NCBI GenBank assembly: GCA_963807165.1
Contig: CAWDZM010000001.1
Coordinates: 289,521 to 353,520 of the forward strand
Reading direction: 5' to 3'
DNA: 64,000 nt
DNA from: an uncultured bacterium
Lineage (GTDB): Bacteria > Patescibacteriota > Minisyncoccia > UBA6257 > 2-01-FULL-56-20
Shown here: piece by piece, positions 63,110 to 64,000 of the stretch
Numbering within the stretch: position 1 is the first letter of the stretch
How the letters are laid out: the number at the start of each line of letters is the position of its first letter
The notes under the pieces: model-generated
The model's input: only the letters and a program-made list of their open reading frames with translations
Databases searched by the model: none
What the model was told of the DNA's origin: nothing
Translations under genes and position numbers: made by a program

Positions 63110-63586
63110 TTGGTGATTGAGCAATATAAAAGAAATCCAAATACCGTTTGTATTGTTTGTAAAAAAGCTATCTATCGAAGACCGATAGAGATGCGAAGGA
63201 ACAAGGGGAATGTTTTTTGTGGCGCTATGTGCTACGGGATTTTTTGTAGAAAAGAATTCCCTTGTATAATCTGTGGAAAGCCGATATTATCAGGCCTGAA
63301 CAGAAAGACTTGCAGCAGAGTCTGCGCAAATAAAAATAGGGTGGGCATCAAATATAAAAGCGGCGGCCTAAAGGATCGAGTGATATCGCAACGAGCTCTC
63401 AAAATAAGATTGCTGAAAATCAGAGGTGAAAAATGTGAACGTTGCGACTATAATAAAATTGAGATACTACAGACTCATCACAAGGACAGAAATAGAAATA
63501 ATAATTCATTAAAAAATCTGGCATTGATTTGCCCGAACTGCCACTTCGAAGAACACTACCTAGAGAAAAGTTGGCTGAGAAGATAA
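63110..63586 (+). CDS. Zn-finger HNH endonuclease
   Basis: CxxC..FC...C repeats, CERC, HHKDRNRNNN...L..ICPNCH..EH. Confidence 0.88.
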   Translation: MVIEQYKRNPNTVCIVCKKAIYRRPIEMRRNKGNVFCGAMCYGIFCRKEFPCIICGKPILSGLNRKTCSRVCANKNRVGIKYKSGGLKDRVISQRALKIRLLKIRGEKCERCDYNKIEILQTHHKDRNRNNNSLKNLALICPNCHFEEHYLEKSWLRR

Positions 63587-63591
63587 ATTAT

Positions 63592-63676
63592 GGAGGGGTC
63601 GGATAGTGGTTTATTCCACCGCACTTGAAATGCGGCCGCCCGCAAGGGCCCGTGGGTTCGAATCCCACCCCCTCCG
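63592..63676 (+). tRNA. tRNA-Ser(TGA)
   Basis: CCGCA-CTTGAAA-TGCGG, variable arm GCCC-GCAA-GGGC. Confidence 0.93.
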
Positions 63677-63705
63677 CAACAACGAAGTACGTTATAATAA
63701 CTATC

Positions 63706-64000
63706 ATGTCCAATACCTCGCACGAAGCGGTCGTGATCCCGGAACCGAAGCTCGCGGAGTTTTTGTTCGCCGATACGCGCGTGGCGTGGGTGTGGCTTTT
63801 GCTTCGCCTCTATATTTCATATACCTGGGTGATGGCGGGGTGGGAAAAAGTGACAAGCCAGACGTGGGTAGGTTCGCAGGCGGGGACGGCATTGCACGGA
63901 TTTCTCGCGGGCGCGGCAGCGAAAGCTTCCGGCGCAAACCCTGCGGTGCAAACATGGTATGCGTGGTTTATCAATAACGCCGCGCTTCCTCACGTCGCAC
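63706..64000 (+). CDS. DoxX/DoxD-family membrane protein (partial)
   Basis: Manual: ...FLFADTRVAWVWLLLRLYISYTWVMAGWEKV...WYAWF; TATAAT 7 nt before the ATG. Confidence 0.8.
   Translation, partial: MSNTSHEAVVIPEPKLAEFLFADTRVAWVWLLLRLYISYTWVMAGWEKVTSQTWVGSQAGTALHGFLAGAAAKASGANPAVQTWYAWFINNAALPHVA

Noticed and set aside
61800-64000. Prophage or genomic island at the tRNA cluster
   Set aside because: No integrase or phage genes in the window

Overview
Chromosomal segment of a reduced bacterium, most consistent with Patescibacteria/CPR (Parcubacteria-like). This placement is an inference from the short ProRS, SMC, HrcA and epsilon, tRNA genes without encoded CCA, an EF-P with an MQQR tip, and core genes lacking Shine-Dalgarno sites. 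Most of the window is housekeeping: mreB, proS, mnmA, efp, khpA-rpsP, smc-rnc-nusB-rpmF-rnhB, hrcA-grpE-dnaK-dnaJ with a CIRCE site, corA-cysS-dnaB, recR, ychF, radC, uvrABC, nth, a split atp operon, ftsEX, prfB with its +1 frameshift, and 7 tRNAs. Small orphan cassettes are scattered between these. The most notable signals are non-coding. (1) A dispersed family of fold-back elements has a conserved, strongly covarying ~70-nt core and locus-specific arms that copy the 3' end of the host gene in inverted orientation (dnaB, ychF, atpG, tRNA-Arg; relatives at efp and elsewhere). (2) A ~550-nt candidate large structured RNA lies inside the atp operon, with its own promoter, a 33-bp closing helix and a terminator, and is itself interrupted by a palindromic insert. 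(3) A CATTAAA-N17-TTGACT-N16-(-10) promoter architecture is shared by three loci. (4) Leaderless-type promoters are pervasive. mnmA, recR and uvrB carry disruptions that may be sequencing errors.
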